From: a virus
Lineage: Duplodnaviria > Heunggongvirae > Uroviricota > Caudoviricetes
Length of the DNA stretch: 23,456 nucleotides
Reading direction: 5' to 3' (one strand)
Virus record (IMG/VR): IMGVR_UViG_2526164646_000006
Of the stretch, positions 7,798 through 19,467 are shown piece after piece. The position numbers and the translations under genes were made by a program. Positions within the stretch are counted from its first letter, which is position 1. Every line of letters begins with the position of its first letter. The notes beneath the pieces are model-generated. The model saw only the letters and a program-made list of their open reading frames with translations. It was not told the origin of the DNA and made no database searches.

Positions 7798-7865
7798 ACA
7801 AGAAAGATTGTATGTTGTAAACAAGAAATATTGTAAAAAGGGGCGTGAAAAACAAACTCCATTGT
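7798..7865. promoter_or_regulatory. OL operator cluster / pL region (434-type ACAA-N6-TTGT sites)
   Basis: ACAAGAAAGATTGT 7798-7811, ACAAGAAATATTGT 7821-7834, ACAAACTCCATTGT 7852-7865. Confidence 0.65.
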
Positions 7866-7914
7866 TTTTAAATGAAAAATAGTTTGTTTTTGGTTATCGA
7901 GATTGAGGTGGGGA

Positions 7915-9267
<1,353 letters not shown>

Positions 9268-9275
9268 GACATTCC

Positions 9276-9307
9276 CGCTCTTACACATCCCAGCCCTGAA
9301 AAAGGGC
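9276..9307 (+). promoter_or_regulatory. nutR (boxA + boxB)
   Basis: CGCTCTTACA at 9276-9285 and GCCCTGAAAAAGGGC at 9293-9307. Confidence 0.8.
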
Positions 9308-9383
9308 ATTACCAGAAACAAATCTCTATGGTTTTGCGTTTCTTTGCGAAGCCAACTCTATCTAATCATTAAGGAAATTATCT

Positions 9384-9665
9384 ATGGGTACTATTGCAAC
9401 TAAAAGCAAGAAAGCGGCTCGCATCGAGTCAGCCTTGCTGAACAAACTGGCACTGATGGGGCAGAAGACATTCGCTCGAGCAATGGGGGTTCCTGAATAT
9501 CAGGTAAGCCGATGGAAGAATGGTTTCTTCTCGCAGGTAAGCATGATGCTTGCTGTTCTGGAATACGGAATCGAAGACGATGAAATGGCTGAATTGACTA
9601 AGCGGCTTGCCGATTACCTGACAAAAGAAAAAGCCCCGAAGAACGGCGAATTCTTCGAGGCCTAA
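9384..9665 (+). CDS. cII: CII transcriptional activator
   Basis: [11 protein letters not shown]...SRWK...[10 protein letters not shown] resembles lambda CII; AAGGA RBS. Confidence 0.9.
   Translation: MGTIATKSKKAARIESALLNKLALMGQKTFARAMGVPEYQVSRWKNGFFSQVSMMLAVLEYGIEDDEMAELTKRLADYLTKEKAPKNGEFFEA
9621..9661 (-). terminator. possible oop-type antisense terminator at the cII 3' end
   Basis: Minus-strand 11-bp stem with one mismatch (9633-9643 / 9651-9661) followed by a U-run (plus A-run 9621-9632). Confidence 0.4.
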
Positions 9666-9699
9666 TGTAGAAAGACTGGATCAATCCACGGGAGTAATT

Positions 9700-9846
9700 A
9701 TGACAAAACAACTCAGTCCTTACCAGGACAAAATTCACAAACACATACTACGTGATCGCTTCCTGTCCAGCTTCAAGCAGCATGGTCGATTCCGGGCTGA
9801 GTTGGAAAAAGTGAAGCTGATGCAGAAGGAGAAAGGTCATGAGTAA
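9700..9846 (+). CDS. small ORF (48 aa) overlapping the O start
   Basis: ATG at 9700 preceded by GGGAG; basic peptide. Confidence 0.4.
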   Translation: MTKQLSPYQDKIHKHILRDRFLSSFKQHGRFRAELEKVKLMQKEKGHE

Positions 9847-10675
9847 TCTTGCAACCGTAACACATTTAAGGCCTTCACAACGGCCTGTGGAGCGTCGTGT
9901 GGCAGAAGTTGAAGATGGTTATACCCGTCTTGCAAATGCCCTGTATGAAGAGCTTATCGGCGCAGATTTAACGAAAAATCAGAGCAAGGTTGCCCACGCC
10001 ATATGCCGTAAAACATACGGCTACGGTAAAAAGATGGATCGCATCTCTGATAGTCAGTTAGCTCAAATTACCAGGCTGCCAAGACAGAAGGTAAACAAGG
10101 CCAAGAATGAGCTTATCGCGATGAAGGTTATCCTTCGCGAAGGCCAGCAAATCGGGCCTAACAAGAACATCGAGGAATGGCAAATAGAAGGGTGTCACTA
10201 CTCTGGTGATAATGTCACTGCATTGGTGACAAAAAGTGTCACCAAAACAGGGACACACAAAAGAAACTATTACAAAAGAAAAAGAAATAATAAAAACACT
10301 ATGTCCGAAAGTGTTCGGACGGAGTGTGAAAAATCACATGACCGTCACGAAGAAACCGACAAGGCATTCGAGGAAATATTCTGGTGTGCAGGCATGCGGA
10401 AAGCCGGGAAGAAAAACGCAGCTTCGGCATTCAGAACACAGTTCAGGGAATGGCGTAAAACTACCAGGGGTACGGCAAGCGAGTTTGCCACGATGCTGGC
10501 AGAAGACATCGCATGCAGGAATGGTAAGCAGTTCGGATTCGACAGGTTGTTACCATCGAGCTACCTGAACGGTCAACGCTGGAACGACGAGAAGCCAGAA
10601 ACTATTCAACCACAATCCAAACCATCATCCGCAATCACCGTATCGAAAACTGGCTACGTGTTTTTCGACAGGTGA
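9839..10675 (+). CDS. O: replication initiator, lambda O-like N-terminal domain with an unrelated C-terminus
   Basis: N-terminus [13 protein letters not shown]...[32 protein letters not shown] resembles lambda O; iteron-like repeats lie inside the gene. Confidence 0.85.
   Translation: MSNLATVTHLRPSQRPVERRVAEVEDGYTRLANALYEELIGADLTKNQSKVAHAICRKTYGYGKKMDRISDSQLAQITRLPRQKVNKAKNELIAMKVILREGQQIGPNKNIEEWQIEGCHYSGDNVTALVTKSVTKTGTHKRNYYKRKRNNKNTMSESVRTECEKSHDRHEETDKAFEEIFWCAGMRKAGKKNAASAFRTQFREWRKTTRGTASEFATMLAEDIACRNGKQFGFDRLLPSSYLNGQRWNDEKPETIQPQSKPSSAITVSKTGYVFFDR
10190..10300. other. putative replication origin: TGTCAC-N6-GTGACA-type iterons plus AT-rich tract
   Basis: Three palindromic ~18-bp units at 10193-10256, AT-rich run 10257-10300, inverted repeat 10303-10320. 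Confidence 0.5.
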
Positions 10676-10782
10676 ACCATGAAATCAAAAATCAAATCGC
10701 TACTGGTTGCTGGTTATAACCACGGCTGGTTAAGTATTTCGTTTGTCGATTTCTGGTTTAAAAATCTCAATCTGAGGGAATC

Positions 10783-12309
10783 ATGACGCCAAGTGAACTT
10801 AGCGACCTGCTTTGGGCGCAGGTTGACAGGGTGGCTCCGCACCTGTTGCCAAACGGCAAGAAAGAGGGGCATGAGTGGGTTGCCGGTAACGTCAATGGTG
10901 ACAAGGGAAACAGCCTTAAGGTCAACCTTAGCGGCAAGAAAAAATGGGCTGATTTCGCTGAGGGAGACGGCGGTGACATGCTTGATTTGTGGATGGCATG
11001 TCGTGGAATTAACCTGCATCAGGCTATGCAGGAAGCGAAAGCATTTCTCGGTATCAAGGATGACGATCACCATTTCGATGCCAAACGTGAGAAAAAATTC
11101 TCCAGACCTGATCGCAAGAAAATCGCCCGCTACGTTACCAGAACAGAATCCCATCTTGAGTACCTGCAATCGCGTGGCATATCGCCAGAAGTCGTAAAGC
11201 GCTACGAGGTTGTCAGCGGCAAGGTGTGGAATGGAGAACGAGAACTTGATGCACTGGTGCTTCCGTACAAACGCGATGGTGAGTTGTTGCAGGTCAAGCG
11301 AATCAGCACTGAGCGCCCGGACGGGAAGAAAGTCATTATGGCAGAAGGTGATTGCGAACCTTGTCTGTTCGGATGGCAGGCTCTGGACGCTGGCGTGAGG
11401 GCGGTTGTACTTTGCGAAGGCGAAATTGATTGTATGAGCTATGCGCAATACGGCATCTCGGCGTTATCCGTGCCGTTTGGTGGAGGGAAAGGCGCTAAGC
11501 AACAGTGGATTGAGTTTGAGTACCACAACCTCGACAGGTTTGAGGAAATATTCATCTCGATGGACGTTGATGATGTTGGTCGTGAAGCCGCAAGGGAAAT
11601 CGCAAGCCGACTCGGTGAACATCGTTGCCGTCTTGTTACTCTGCCGTACAAAGACATCAACGAATGCCTGATGAACGGTGTTACCGAGGATGAAATCTGG
11701 CAGTACATCGGCACGGCATCCTACTTTGATCCTGAAGAACTCTACAGCGCGCGAGAGTTTTACCAGGACACTATCAACGCTTTCTACGGCAAGCAGCAGT
11801 ATCTGTTTAATCCACCGTGGGAATCTCTGGCAGATAAATTCCAGTTTCGTGAGGCCGAGTTGACGCTGGTCAATGGTGTGAACGGTCACGGAAAAACGGA
11901 GGTTGTCGGGCATATGGCACTTGAGGCAATGCGTCAGGGTGTGAAGACGTGCATCGCGTCACTTGAGCTGAAGCCTGGTATTCTCCTTAAGCGCCTTACC
12001 CGTCAGGCGACGTGCTGCAAGATGCCGCCAGTGCTGGAAATTGACTCTGCATTTAAATTTTATGACGAAAGACTTTGGGTGTTTGGCCTGACTGGAACGG
12101 CGAAAGCCGACAGGCTGATCGAAATATTCGACTACGCTCGCCGCCGATACGGCATCCAGTTATTCATCATCGACAGCCTGATGAAATGCGGCATAGGTGA
12201 CGATGACTATAACGGGCAGAAAGCATTTGTTGACTCGATTTGTGACTTCAAAAACAAACAAACTCCCACGTCATTCTCGTTACTCACTCCAGAAAAGGAG
12301 ATAGCGAAG
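10783..12309 (+). pseudogene. bifunctional primase-helicase (Toprim + SF4 RecA-fold helicase, T7 gp4-like), 5' portion; frameshifted near 12262-12268 and cut by IS911
   Basis: Toprim motifs CEGEID...DVDD; Walker A GVNGHGKT; Walker B LFIIDSL; downstream motif [11 protein letters not shown] is only readable in the -1 frame. Confidence 0.85.
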
Positions 12310-12350
12310 TGAAGTGGCACACTGAATTTGGCCACCTGAACAGAGGTGAT

Positions 12351-13549
<1,199 letters not shown>

Positions 13550-13557
13550 CCACTTCA

Positions 13558-13913
13558 AAGAAAAACCAACCGGGAAAATGGACGTAAAAGGCTCTGGAGC
13601 GATAACAGACCTGACAGACAACCTTTTTATCATCTGGCGTAACAAGGCTCGCGAGAGAGCGTTACAGAGAGTTCAGAGTGGTGAAAAGATGTCAGAGAAG
13701 GACGAACAGCTACTGGCATCTCCGGCATCTGTTTTGATGCTTGAAAAACAACGTAACGGCGAAGGTTGGGAAGGTGGTGTCCCGTTGTTCCTTGACGAGC
13801 AATCGCACCAGTTCCTGCAACTTGAATCAGGATCGCCTTATAGCTACATCGCCAATATGCCGAAATCGGAATATGACGAGGCGTGGCGACAGGAAAACGT
13901 GACGGAGTATTAA
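13558..13913 (+). pseudogene. primase-helicase 3' portion (helicase C-terminal motifs) downstream of IS911
   Basis: EKPTGKMDVKGSGAITDLTDNLFIIWRNK...LEKQRNGE aligns with the gp4/DnaB helicase H3/H4 region and joins the pre-insertion frame across the duplication. Confidence 0.8.
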
Positions 13914-13942
13914 ATGACCATCTACATCACTGAGCTTGTAAC

Positions 13943-13975
13943 AGGCCTGCTGGTAATCGCAGGCCTTTTTATTTG
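13943..13975 (+). terminator. intrinsic terminator after the helicase gene
   Basis: Perfect 8-bp stem AGGCCTGC/GCAGGCCT with 8-nt loop followed by TTTTTATTT. Confidence 0.7.
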
Positions 13976-13989
13976 GGGGAGAGTAAATC

Positions 13990-14196
13990 GTGGCTGAGCT
14001 GATTTTCTCTGCATTGAGGCTTCTCGGTGCGTCGTGGATGGTGGTGACGTTCATTGTGATTGCCAGCAGTTTTATCCGGTTGGTAGGTGAAGGTAAAGAC
14101 ATGGTGGGTGTGCTTTTCGGTAGCACTCTCATGTGGGTGATTATCGGTGTTGCGCCTGTCGCTGTTGCAAAAATGGCGTGGCGTTTTGTGAGTTGA
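13990..14196 (+). CDS. small predicted membrane protein (68 aa, two hydrophobic helices)
   Basis: GTG start with GGAG-type RBS; hydrophobic segments MVVTFIVIASSFI and LMWVIIGVAPVAVA. Confidence 0.4.
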   Translation: MAELIFSALRLLGASWMVVTFIVIASSFIRLVGEGKDMVGVLFGSTLMWVIIGVAPVAVAKMAWRFVS

Positions 14197-14213
14197 ACTG
14201 AGGATAAGTATCG

Positions 14214-14528
14214 ATGGACGAATCAAGAAAGCAGTTTGAAGAAAGTTGGTTGCGACGTGGGGGCGAATCTTCAGACCTTATCCGTTACCCTGAAAATCAC
14301 CATGAAATTGGCAGCGGTAATATTGGTGGTCAATACGTGATGGACGATGTTCAAGGCCACTGGCAAACGTGGCAGGCATCGAGAGCAGCTATTGAAATTG
14401 AGCTGCAAAAGCCAAAGAAAGGCCCACTTCCCGGTGATTATCACATTGGCTATGACTCAGGTGCAGAATCACAATACGAAAGCGATGTAGAGGCCATCCG
14501 CACTGCTGGAGTCAAAGTGAAGGAGTGA
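14214..14528 (+). CDS. hypothetical protein (104 aa)
   Basis: ATG with AGGA-type RBS; stop followed 2 nt later by the next start. Confidence 0.55.
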   Translation: MDESRKQFEESWLRRGGESSDLIRYPENHHEIGSGNIGGQYVMDDVQGHWQTWQASRAAIEIELQKPKKGPLPGDYHIGYDSGAESQYESDVEAIRTAGVKVKE

Positions 14529-14530
14529 GT

Positions 14531-14695
14531 ATGAGCGCATACGAAGAAATCATGTTAGCCCTGCGATTCTTTTTCGGTGTGGAAGAAGATGAAAACGTAA
14601 ATGAGATTATCGGGCAAGACCATGACCCGATAGGGACTATTGCAGCTGCACTTGACGATTACAGGAGCGTAAATGGTGAGGAAACTAACGTTTGA
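14531..14695 (+). CDS. small acidic protein (54 aa)
   Basis: ATG at 14531 with AAGGAG RBS; overlaps ninB start. Confidence 0.4.
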   Translation: MSAYEEIMLALRFFFGVEEDENVNEIIGQDHDPIGTIAAALDDYRSVNGEETNV

Positions 14696-15116
14696 ACTAA
14701 GAAGCCCCATCCATCAGCAGAACGCCATTCAAGCTATCCAGAAAATTCTTCCAGACCCAACCAAACCAATCGTAGTAACCATTCAGGAACGCAACCGCAG
14801 CTTAGACCAAAACAGGAAGCTATGGGCCTGCTTAGGTGACGTCTCTCGTCAGGTTGAATGGCATGGGCGTTGGCTGGATGCAGAAAGCTGGAAGTGTGTG
14901 TTTACCGCAGCATTAAAGCAGCAGGACGTTGTTCCTAACCTTGCCGGGAATGGCTTTGTGGTAATAGGCCAGTCAACCAGCAGGATGCGTGTAAGCGAAT
15001 TTGCGGAGCTATTAGAGCTTATACAGGCATTCGGTACAGAGCGTGGCGTTAAGTGGTCAGACGAAGCGCGACTGGCTCTGGAGTGGAAAGCGCGATGGGG
15101 AGACCGGGCAGCATGA
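14673..15116 (+). CDS. ninB: NinB (Orf-family recombination mediator)
   Basis: Translation ...[65 protein letters not shown]... close to lambda NinB as recalled. Confidence 0.95.
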   Translation: MVRKLTFELRSPIHQQNAIQAIQKILPDPTKPIVVTIQERNRSLDQNRKLWACLGDVSRQVEWHGRWLDAESWKCVFTAALKQQDVVPNLAGNGFVVIGQSTSRMRVSEFAELLELIQAFGTERGVKWSDEARLALEWKARWGDRAA

Positions 15117-15286
15117 TGCGATGTTATCGGTGCGGTGAATGCAAAGAAGATAACCGCTTCCGACCAAATCAACCTTACTGGAATCGATGGTGTCTCCGGT
15201 GTGAAAGAACACCAACAGGGGTGTTACCACTACCGCAGGAAAAGGAGGACGTGTGGCGAGACAGCGACGAAGTATCACCGACATAA
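15113..15286 (+). CDS. ninD: NinD-like zinc-ribbon protein (57 aa)
   Basis: [32 protein letters not shown]; ATGA overlap with ninB stop. Confidence 0.65.
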
Positions 15287-15429
15287 TCTGTGAAAACTGC
15301 AAATACCTTCCAACGAAACGCTCCAGAAATAAACGCAAGCCAATCCCAAAAGAATCTGACGTAAAAACCTTCAACTACACGGCTCACCTGTGGGATATCC
15401 GGTGGCTAAGACATCGTGCGAGGAAATGA
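15253..15429 (+). CDS. ninE: NinE-like protein (58 aa, GTG start)
   Basis: [52 protein letters not shown]; AGGAGG upstream. Confidence 0.55.
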
Positions 15430-15815
15430 CAATGGATTATTCACAGTTAAGTGATTTTGAAATTAACGTGGCGGTATTCGAAGCCATTCATAACGGATCA
15501 CCGGATTACAAAGAAGGTGAGAATGGCGCGATGGTGTTTATCTCATTTGAGGGAGACATTGTAAACGGAGACGCAGTTGAAGTAGAGGTTGAGCGCGGAT
15601 CCTTTAACCCATGCGCAAACCCAGCAGACGCATGGCCGATTATCACTGAAAACAACATCAGCATAATTTTAGACAATCCCTCAATGCCGTGCGCTACAGA
15701 CAACGCAAGGGACTTGTTTGATGATGCCGGACCGAATGTTGGTGTCGCATATGACAATCCACTCCGTGCCGCCATGATTGTCTTTCTCATGATGCAGGAC
15801 GCCAATAATGCTTAG
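15426..15815 (+). CDS. hypothetical nin-region protein (129 aa)
   Basis: ATG overlaps ninE stop (ATGA). Confidence 0.55.
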
Positions 15816-15987
15816 CCCATCCCAATCCCTTCAATACCAGAAAGAAAGCGTCGAGCGGGCTTTAACGTGCGCTAACTGCGGTCAGAAGCTGCATGTGCTG
15901 GAAGTTCACATGTGTGAGCACTGCTGCGCAGAACTGATGAGCGATCCGAATAGCTCAATGTACGAGGAAGAAGACGATGGTAATTAG
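15808..15987 (+). CDS. ninF: NinF-like Cys-rich small protein (59 aa)
   Basis: [46 protein letters not shown]. Confidence 0.6.
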   Translation: MLSPSQSLQYQKESVERALTCANCGQKLHVLEVHMCEHCCAELMSDPNSSMYEEEDDGN

Positions 15988-16369
15988 CCGATACGGACAA
16001 ATAACGTTTAAACATTTTCAAGACAATCCAACATGGGCTGCTGCGGCTGGATATGACTTTAATTATTTTGATTGTCTGTCAGTCGCATGTATTGCAACTA
16101 CCAATGTTGCTAACAACATAATCGATGAATTCTTGGATTTTCCAGACTATCAGGTCAGAGAGTTGCCTGCATTTTTTGTGAAAGTATCTGTTGCTACAGC
16201 TCTGTTATTTATTTTGTTATTCGCATATCCATTGCTTGCCGTATTTGTTTATGTGAGATGCAAACACTCACAAAAGAAATACAGCGGAGAGCATACCGAT
16301 ATTACCAGCCAAAATATGCGAGTGTGGTTGAGGAGATGCCAAGAGAAATGGGGGAGACGTCATGGCTAA
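15977..16369 (+). CDS. putative membrane protein in an AT-rich segment (130 aa)
   Basis: Hydrophobic segment LPAFFVKVSVATALLFILLFAYPLLAVFVYV; competing overlapping ORF at 16258-16491, so start and extent are uncertain. Confidence 0.35.
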   Translation: MVISRYGQITFKHFQDNPTWAAAAGYDFNYFDCLSVACIATTNVANNIIDEFLDFPDYQVRELPAFFVKVSVATALLFILLFAYPLLAVFVYVRCKHSQKKYSGEHTDITSQNMRVWLRRCQEKWGRRHG

Positions 16370-16652
16370 CCTACGCAAAGAAGCGCGCGGAAGAGAATGC
16401 CAGGTACGTATTTACGGCGTATGCAATGGAAATCCTGAAACTACAGTTCTGGCACATTACCGGATGGCTGGAATTTGCGGAACTGGAATGAAGCCTGACG
16501 ACCTGATCGGGGCATGGGCTTGTAGCGCGTGTCACGATGAAATCGACCGACGCACCCATAATCTCGACAACAAAGACGCCAGACTTTACCACCTCGAAGG
16601 CGTGATCAGGACGCAGGCGATACTGCTGAAGGAGGGAAAGATTAAGCCATGA
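16362..16652 (+). CDS. YbcO-like (DUF1364) putative nuclease
   Basis: MANLRKEARGRECQVRIYGVCNGNPETTVLAHYR...WACSACHDEIDRR; GGGGAGA RBS. Confidence 0.7.
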   Translation: MANLRKEARGRECQVRIYGVCNGNPETTVLAHYRMAGICGTGMKPDDLIGAWACSACHDEIDRRTHNLDNKDARLYHLEGVIRTQAILLKEGKIKP

Positions 16653-17011
16653 ACGAATATCAGTTTGTGCTTCCATACCCGCCGTCGGTGAACACCTACT
16701 GGCGAAGACGGGGAAGCCAATACTACATCAGCGATAAAGGCCAGAAATACCGAAAAGACGTTCAGAAAATCATCCGCCAACTCAAGTTAGACATTTTCAC
16801 CAAATCACGACTCCGCATCAAAGTAATCGCAGACGTTCCAGACTCCCGCCGCCGCGACCTCGATAACATCCTGAAAGGTTTACTCGACTCACTTATCCAC
16901 GCCGGATTTGCGGAAGACGACGAGCAATTCGATGACATTCGCGTAATTCGTGGTGTGAAAGTACCAGGCGGAAGGCTTGGAATAAAAATCACCGAACTGG
17001 AGAACGCATGA
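16649..17011 (+). CDS. rusA: RusA Holliday-junction resolvase
   Basis: LPYPPSVNTYW...DRRRRDLDNILK...IKITELE matches RusA as recalled. Confidence 0.9.
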   Translation: MNEYQFVLPYPPSVNTYWRRRGSQYYISDKGQKYRKDVQKIIRQLKLDIFTKSRLRIKVIADVPDSRRRDLDNILKGLLDSLIHAGFAEDDEQFDDIRVIRGVKVPGGRLGIKITELENA

Positions 17012-17196
17012 ACGCCACAATTCAAACGATACCAGAGCTTCTTATCCAGACACGAGGAAATCAGACCGAAGTGGCGAGGATGCTTTCCTGCGCAAGAGGA
17101 ACAGTGCTCAAGTACAACCGAGACAGCAAAGGCGAGCGTCACGTAATAGTTAACGGCGTCCTGATGGTCAAACAGGGCAAAAGGGGAAGGCCATGA
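17008..17196 (+). CDS. ninH: NinH-like small DNA-binding protein
   Basis: GNQTEVARMLSCARGTVLKY HTH-like segment. Confidence 0.6.
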   Translation: MNATIQTIPELLIQTRGNQTEVARMLSCARGTVLKYNRDSKGERHVIVNGVLMVKQGKRGRP

Positions 17197-17816
17197 GACT
17201 CGAAAGCGTAGCTAAATTTCATTCGCCAAAAAGCCCGATGATGAGCGACTCACCACGGGCCACGGCTTCTGACTCTCTTTCCGGTACTGATGTGATGGCT
17301 GCTATGGGGATGGCGCAATCACAAGCCGGATTCGGAATGGCTGCATTCTGCGGTAAGCATGAACTCAGCCAGAACGACAAACAAAAGGCTATCAACTATC
17401 TGATGCAATTTGCACACAAAGTATCGGGGAAATACCGTGGTGTGGCAAAGCTCGAAGGAAATACTAAGGCAAAGGTACTGCAAGTGCTCGCAACATTCGC
17501 TTATGCGGATTATTGCCGTAGTGCCGCGACGCCGGGCGCAAGATGCAGAGATTGCCACGGTACAGGCCGTGCGGTTGATATAGCCAAAACAGAGCAGTGG
17601 GGGAGAGTTGTTGAGAAAGAGTGCGGAAGATGCAAAGGTGTCGGCTATTCAAGAATGCCAGCAAGCGCTGCATATCGCGCTGTAACGATGCTAATCCCAA
17701 ACCTTACCCAACCCACCTGGTCACGCACTGTTAAGCCGCTGTATGACGCTCTGGTGGTGCAATGCCACAAAGAAGAGTCAATCGCAGACAACATTTTGAA
17801 TGCGGTCACACGTTAG
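17193..17816 (+). CDS. Q: Q late antiterminator, lambda type
   Basis: 207-aa translation beginning MRLESVAKFHSPKSPMMSDSPRATASDSLSGTDVMAAMGMAQSQAG... essentially as recalled for lambda Q. Confidence 0.95.
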   Translation: MRLESVAKFHSPKSPMMSDSPRATASDSLSGTDVMAAMGMAQSQAGFGMAAFCGKHELSQNDKQKAINYLMQFAHKVSGKYRGVAKLEGNTKAKVLQVLATFAYADYCRSAATPGARCRDCHGTGRAVDIAKTEQWGRVVEKECGRCKGVGYSRMPASAAYRAVTMLIPNLTQPTWSRTVKPLYDALVVQCHKEESIADNILNAVTR

Positions 17817-17858
17817 CAGCATGATTGCCACGGATGGCAACATATTAACGGCATGATA

Positions 17859-17888
17859 TTGACTTTTTGAATAAAGTTGGGTAAATTT
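17859..17888 (+). promoter_or_regulatory. pR' late promoter with overlapping qut region
   Basis: TTGACT at 17859-17864, 17-nt spacer, TAAATT at 17882-17887. Confidence 0.8.
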
Positions 17889-17920
17889 GACTCAACGATG
17901 GATAAATGCACTCGTTAAAT

Positions 17921-17957
17921 AAAGCCCTGAGTTAATAGCTCGGGGCTTTTTGCGTTT
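17921..17957 (+). terminator. intrinsic terminator about 60 nt downstream of pR' (tR'-like)
   Basis: 11-bp stem with one G-U pair (17921-17931 / 17939-17949), 7-nt loop, then TTTTTGCGTTTT. Confidence 0.7.
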
Positions 17958-18249
17958 TAAGCACGACCTTTCTGAAAGCGCATCAAACCAAATACCAGAC
18001 AGACCAAAATAATCACCTTATCCGCTGTGGCTACGGTGCGGTGTGCTTTGCATAAAAGAAAACCAGCTCAATGGCTGGCTTCGTGAAAGCGGGTGGCAAG
18101 AGGTTGCGCTAACAACCTGATGCCGTTTTGCCCGTGCATATCGGTCACGAACAAATCTGATTACTAAACACAGTAGCCTGGATTTGTTCTATCAGTAATC
18201 GACCTTATTCCTAATTAAATAGAGCAAATCCCCTTATTGGGGGTAAGAC

Positions 18250-18573
18250 ATGAAGATGCCAGAAAAACATGACCTGTTAGCCGCCATTCTCGCGGCAAAG
18301 GAACAAGGCATCGGGGCAATCCTTGCGTTTGCAATGGCGTACCTTCGCGGCAGATATAATGGCGGTGCGTTTACAAAAACAGTAATCGACGCAACGATGT
18401 GCGCCATTATCGCCTGGTTCATTCGTGACCTTCTCGACTTCGCCGGACTAAGTAGCAATCTCGCTTATATAACGAGCGTGTTCATCGGCTACATCGGTAC
18501 TGACTCGATTGGTTCGCTTATCAAACGCTTCGCTGCTAAAAAAGCCGGAGTAGAAGATGGTGGAAATCAATAA
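18250..18573 (+). CDS. S: holin S with dual-start motif
   Basis: [34 protein letters not shown]...; Met1 and Met3 starts. Confidence 0.95.
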   Translation: MKMPEKHDLLAAILAAKEQGIGAILAFAMAYLRGRYNGGAFTKTVIDATMCAIIAWFIRDLLDFAGLSSNLAYITSVFIGYIGTDSIGSLIKRFAAKKAGVEDGGNQ

Positions 18574-19033
18574 TCAACGTAAGGCGTTCCTCGATATGCT
18601 GGCGTGGTCGGAGGGAACTGATAACGGACGTCAGAAAACCAGAAATCATGGTTATGACGTCATTGTTGGCGGAGAGCTATTCACTGATTACTCCGATCAC
18701 CCTCGCAAACTTGTCACGCTAAACCCCAAACTCAAATCAACAGCAGCCGGACGTTACCAGCTTCTTTCCCGTTGGTGGGATGCCTATCGTAAGCAGCTTG
18801 GCCTGAAAGACTTCTCTCCGAAAAGCCAGGACGCTGTGGCACTGCAACAGATTAAGGAACGTGGCGCTTTACCGATGATTGATCGCGGTGATATCCGTCA
18901 GGCAATCGACCGTTGCAGCAATATCTGGGCTTCACTGCCGGGCGCTGGTTATGGTCAGTTCGAGCATAAGGCTGACAACCTGATTGCAAAATTCAAAGAA
19001 GCTGGCGGAACGGTCAGAGAGATTGAGGTATGA
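18557..19033 (+). CDS. R: endolysin R (lytic transglycosylase)
   Basis: [49 protein letters not shown]... Confidence 0.95.
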   Translation: MVEINNQRKAFLDMLAWSEGTDNGRQKTRNHGYDVIVGGELFTDYSDHPRKLVTLNPKLKSTAAGRYQLLSRWWDAYRKQLGLKDFSPKSQDAVALQQIKERGALPMIDRGDIRQAIDRCSNIWASLPGAGYGQFEHKADNLIAKFKEAGGTVREIEV

Positions 19034-19467
19034 GCAGAGTCACCGAGATTATCTCCGCTCTGGTTATCTGCATCATCGTCTGCCTGTCATGGGCTGTTAA
19101 TCATTACCGTGATAATGCAATCGCCTACAAAGAGCAGCGCGATAAAGCCACATCCATCATCGCTGATATGCAGAAGCGTCAACGTGATGTAGCTGAACTC
19201 GATGCCAGATACACAAAGGAGCTTGCTGATGCTAACGCGACTATCGAAAGTCTCCGTACTGATGTCTCTGCTGGTCGTAAGCGCTTGCAAATCGCCGCCA
19301 CCTGTGCAAAGTCAACGACCGGAGCCAGCGGCATGGGCGATGGAGAAAGCCCAAGACTTACAGCAGATGCTGAACTCAATTATTACCGTCTCCGAAGTGG
19401 AATCGACAGGATAACCGCGCAGGTTAACTACCTGCAGGAATACATCAGGACGCAATGCCTTCGATGA
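19030..19467 (+). CDS. Rz: Rz i-spanin
   Basis: N-terminal membrane helix then coiled-coil; contains embedded Rz1. Confidence 0.9.
   Translation: MSRVTEIISALVICIIVCLSWAVNHYRDNAIAYKEQRDKATSIIADMQKRQRDVAELDARYTKELADANATIESLRTDVSAGRKRLQIAATCAKSTTGASGMGDGESPRLTADAELNYYRLRSGIDRITAQVNYLQEYIRTQCLR
19229..19414 (+). CDS. Rz1: Rz1 o-spanin lipoprotein, embedded in Rz in the +1 frame
   Basis: AAGGAG RBS; lipobox VSAC; proline-rich mature region. Confidence 0.85.
   Translation: MLTRLSKVSVLMSLLVVSACKSPPPVQSQRPEPAAWAMEKAQDLQQMLNSIITVSEVESTG

Noticed and set aside
7852-7888. 8-bp inverted repeat AACAAACT / AGTTTGTT considered as the terminator of the cI operon
   Set aside because: It overlaps a candidate OL operator and has only a short U-tract on the minus strand; cannot distinguish operator from terminator by eye, so not listed as a feature.
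10714-11448. 244-aa minus-strand ORF
   Set aside because: Lies entirely antisense to the primase-helicase coding region; the translation has no recognisable features. Treated as a frame shadow.
16762-17142. 126-aa minus-strand ORF
   Set aside because: Antisense to rusA and the NinH-like gene, which are well supported.
17960-18249. Possible tRNA or cargo gene between Q and S
   Set aside because: No cloverleaf-compatible sequence or T-loop motif and no ORF above about 30 codons; the 3' part resembles the usual upstream region of S.
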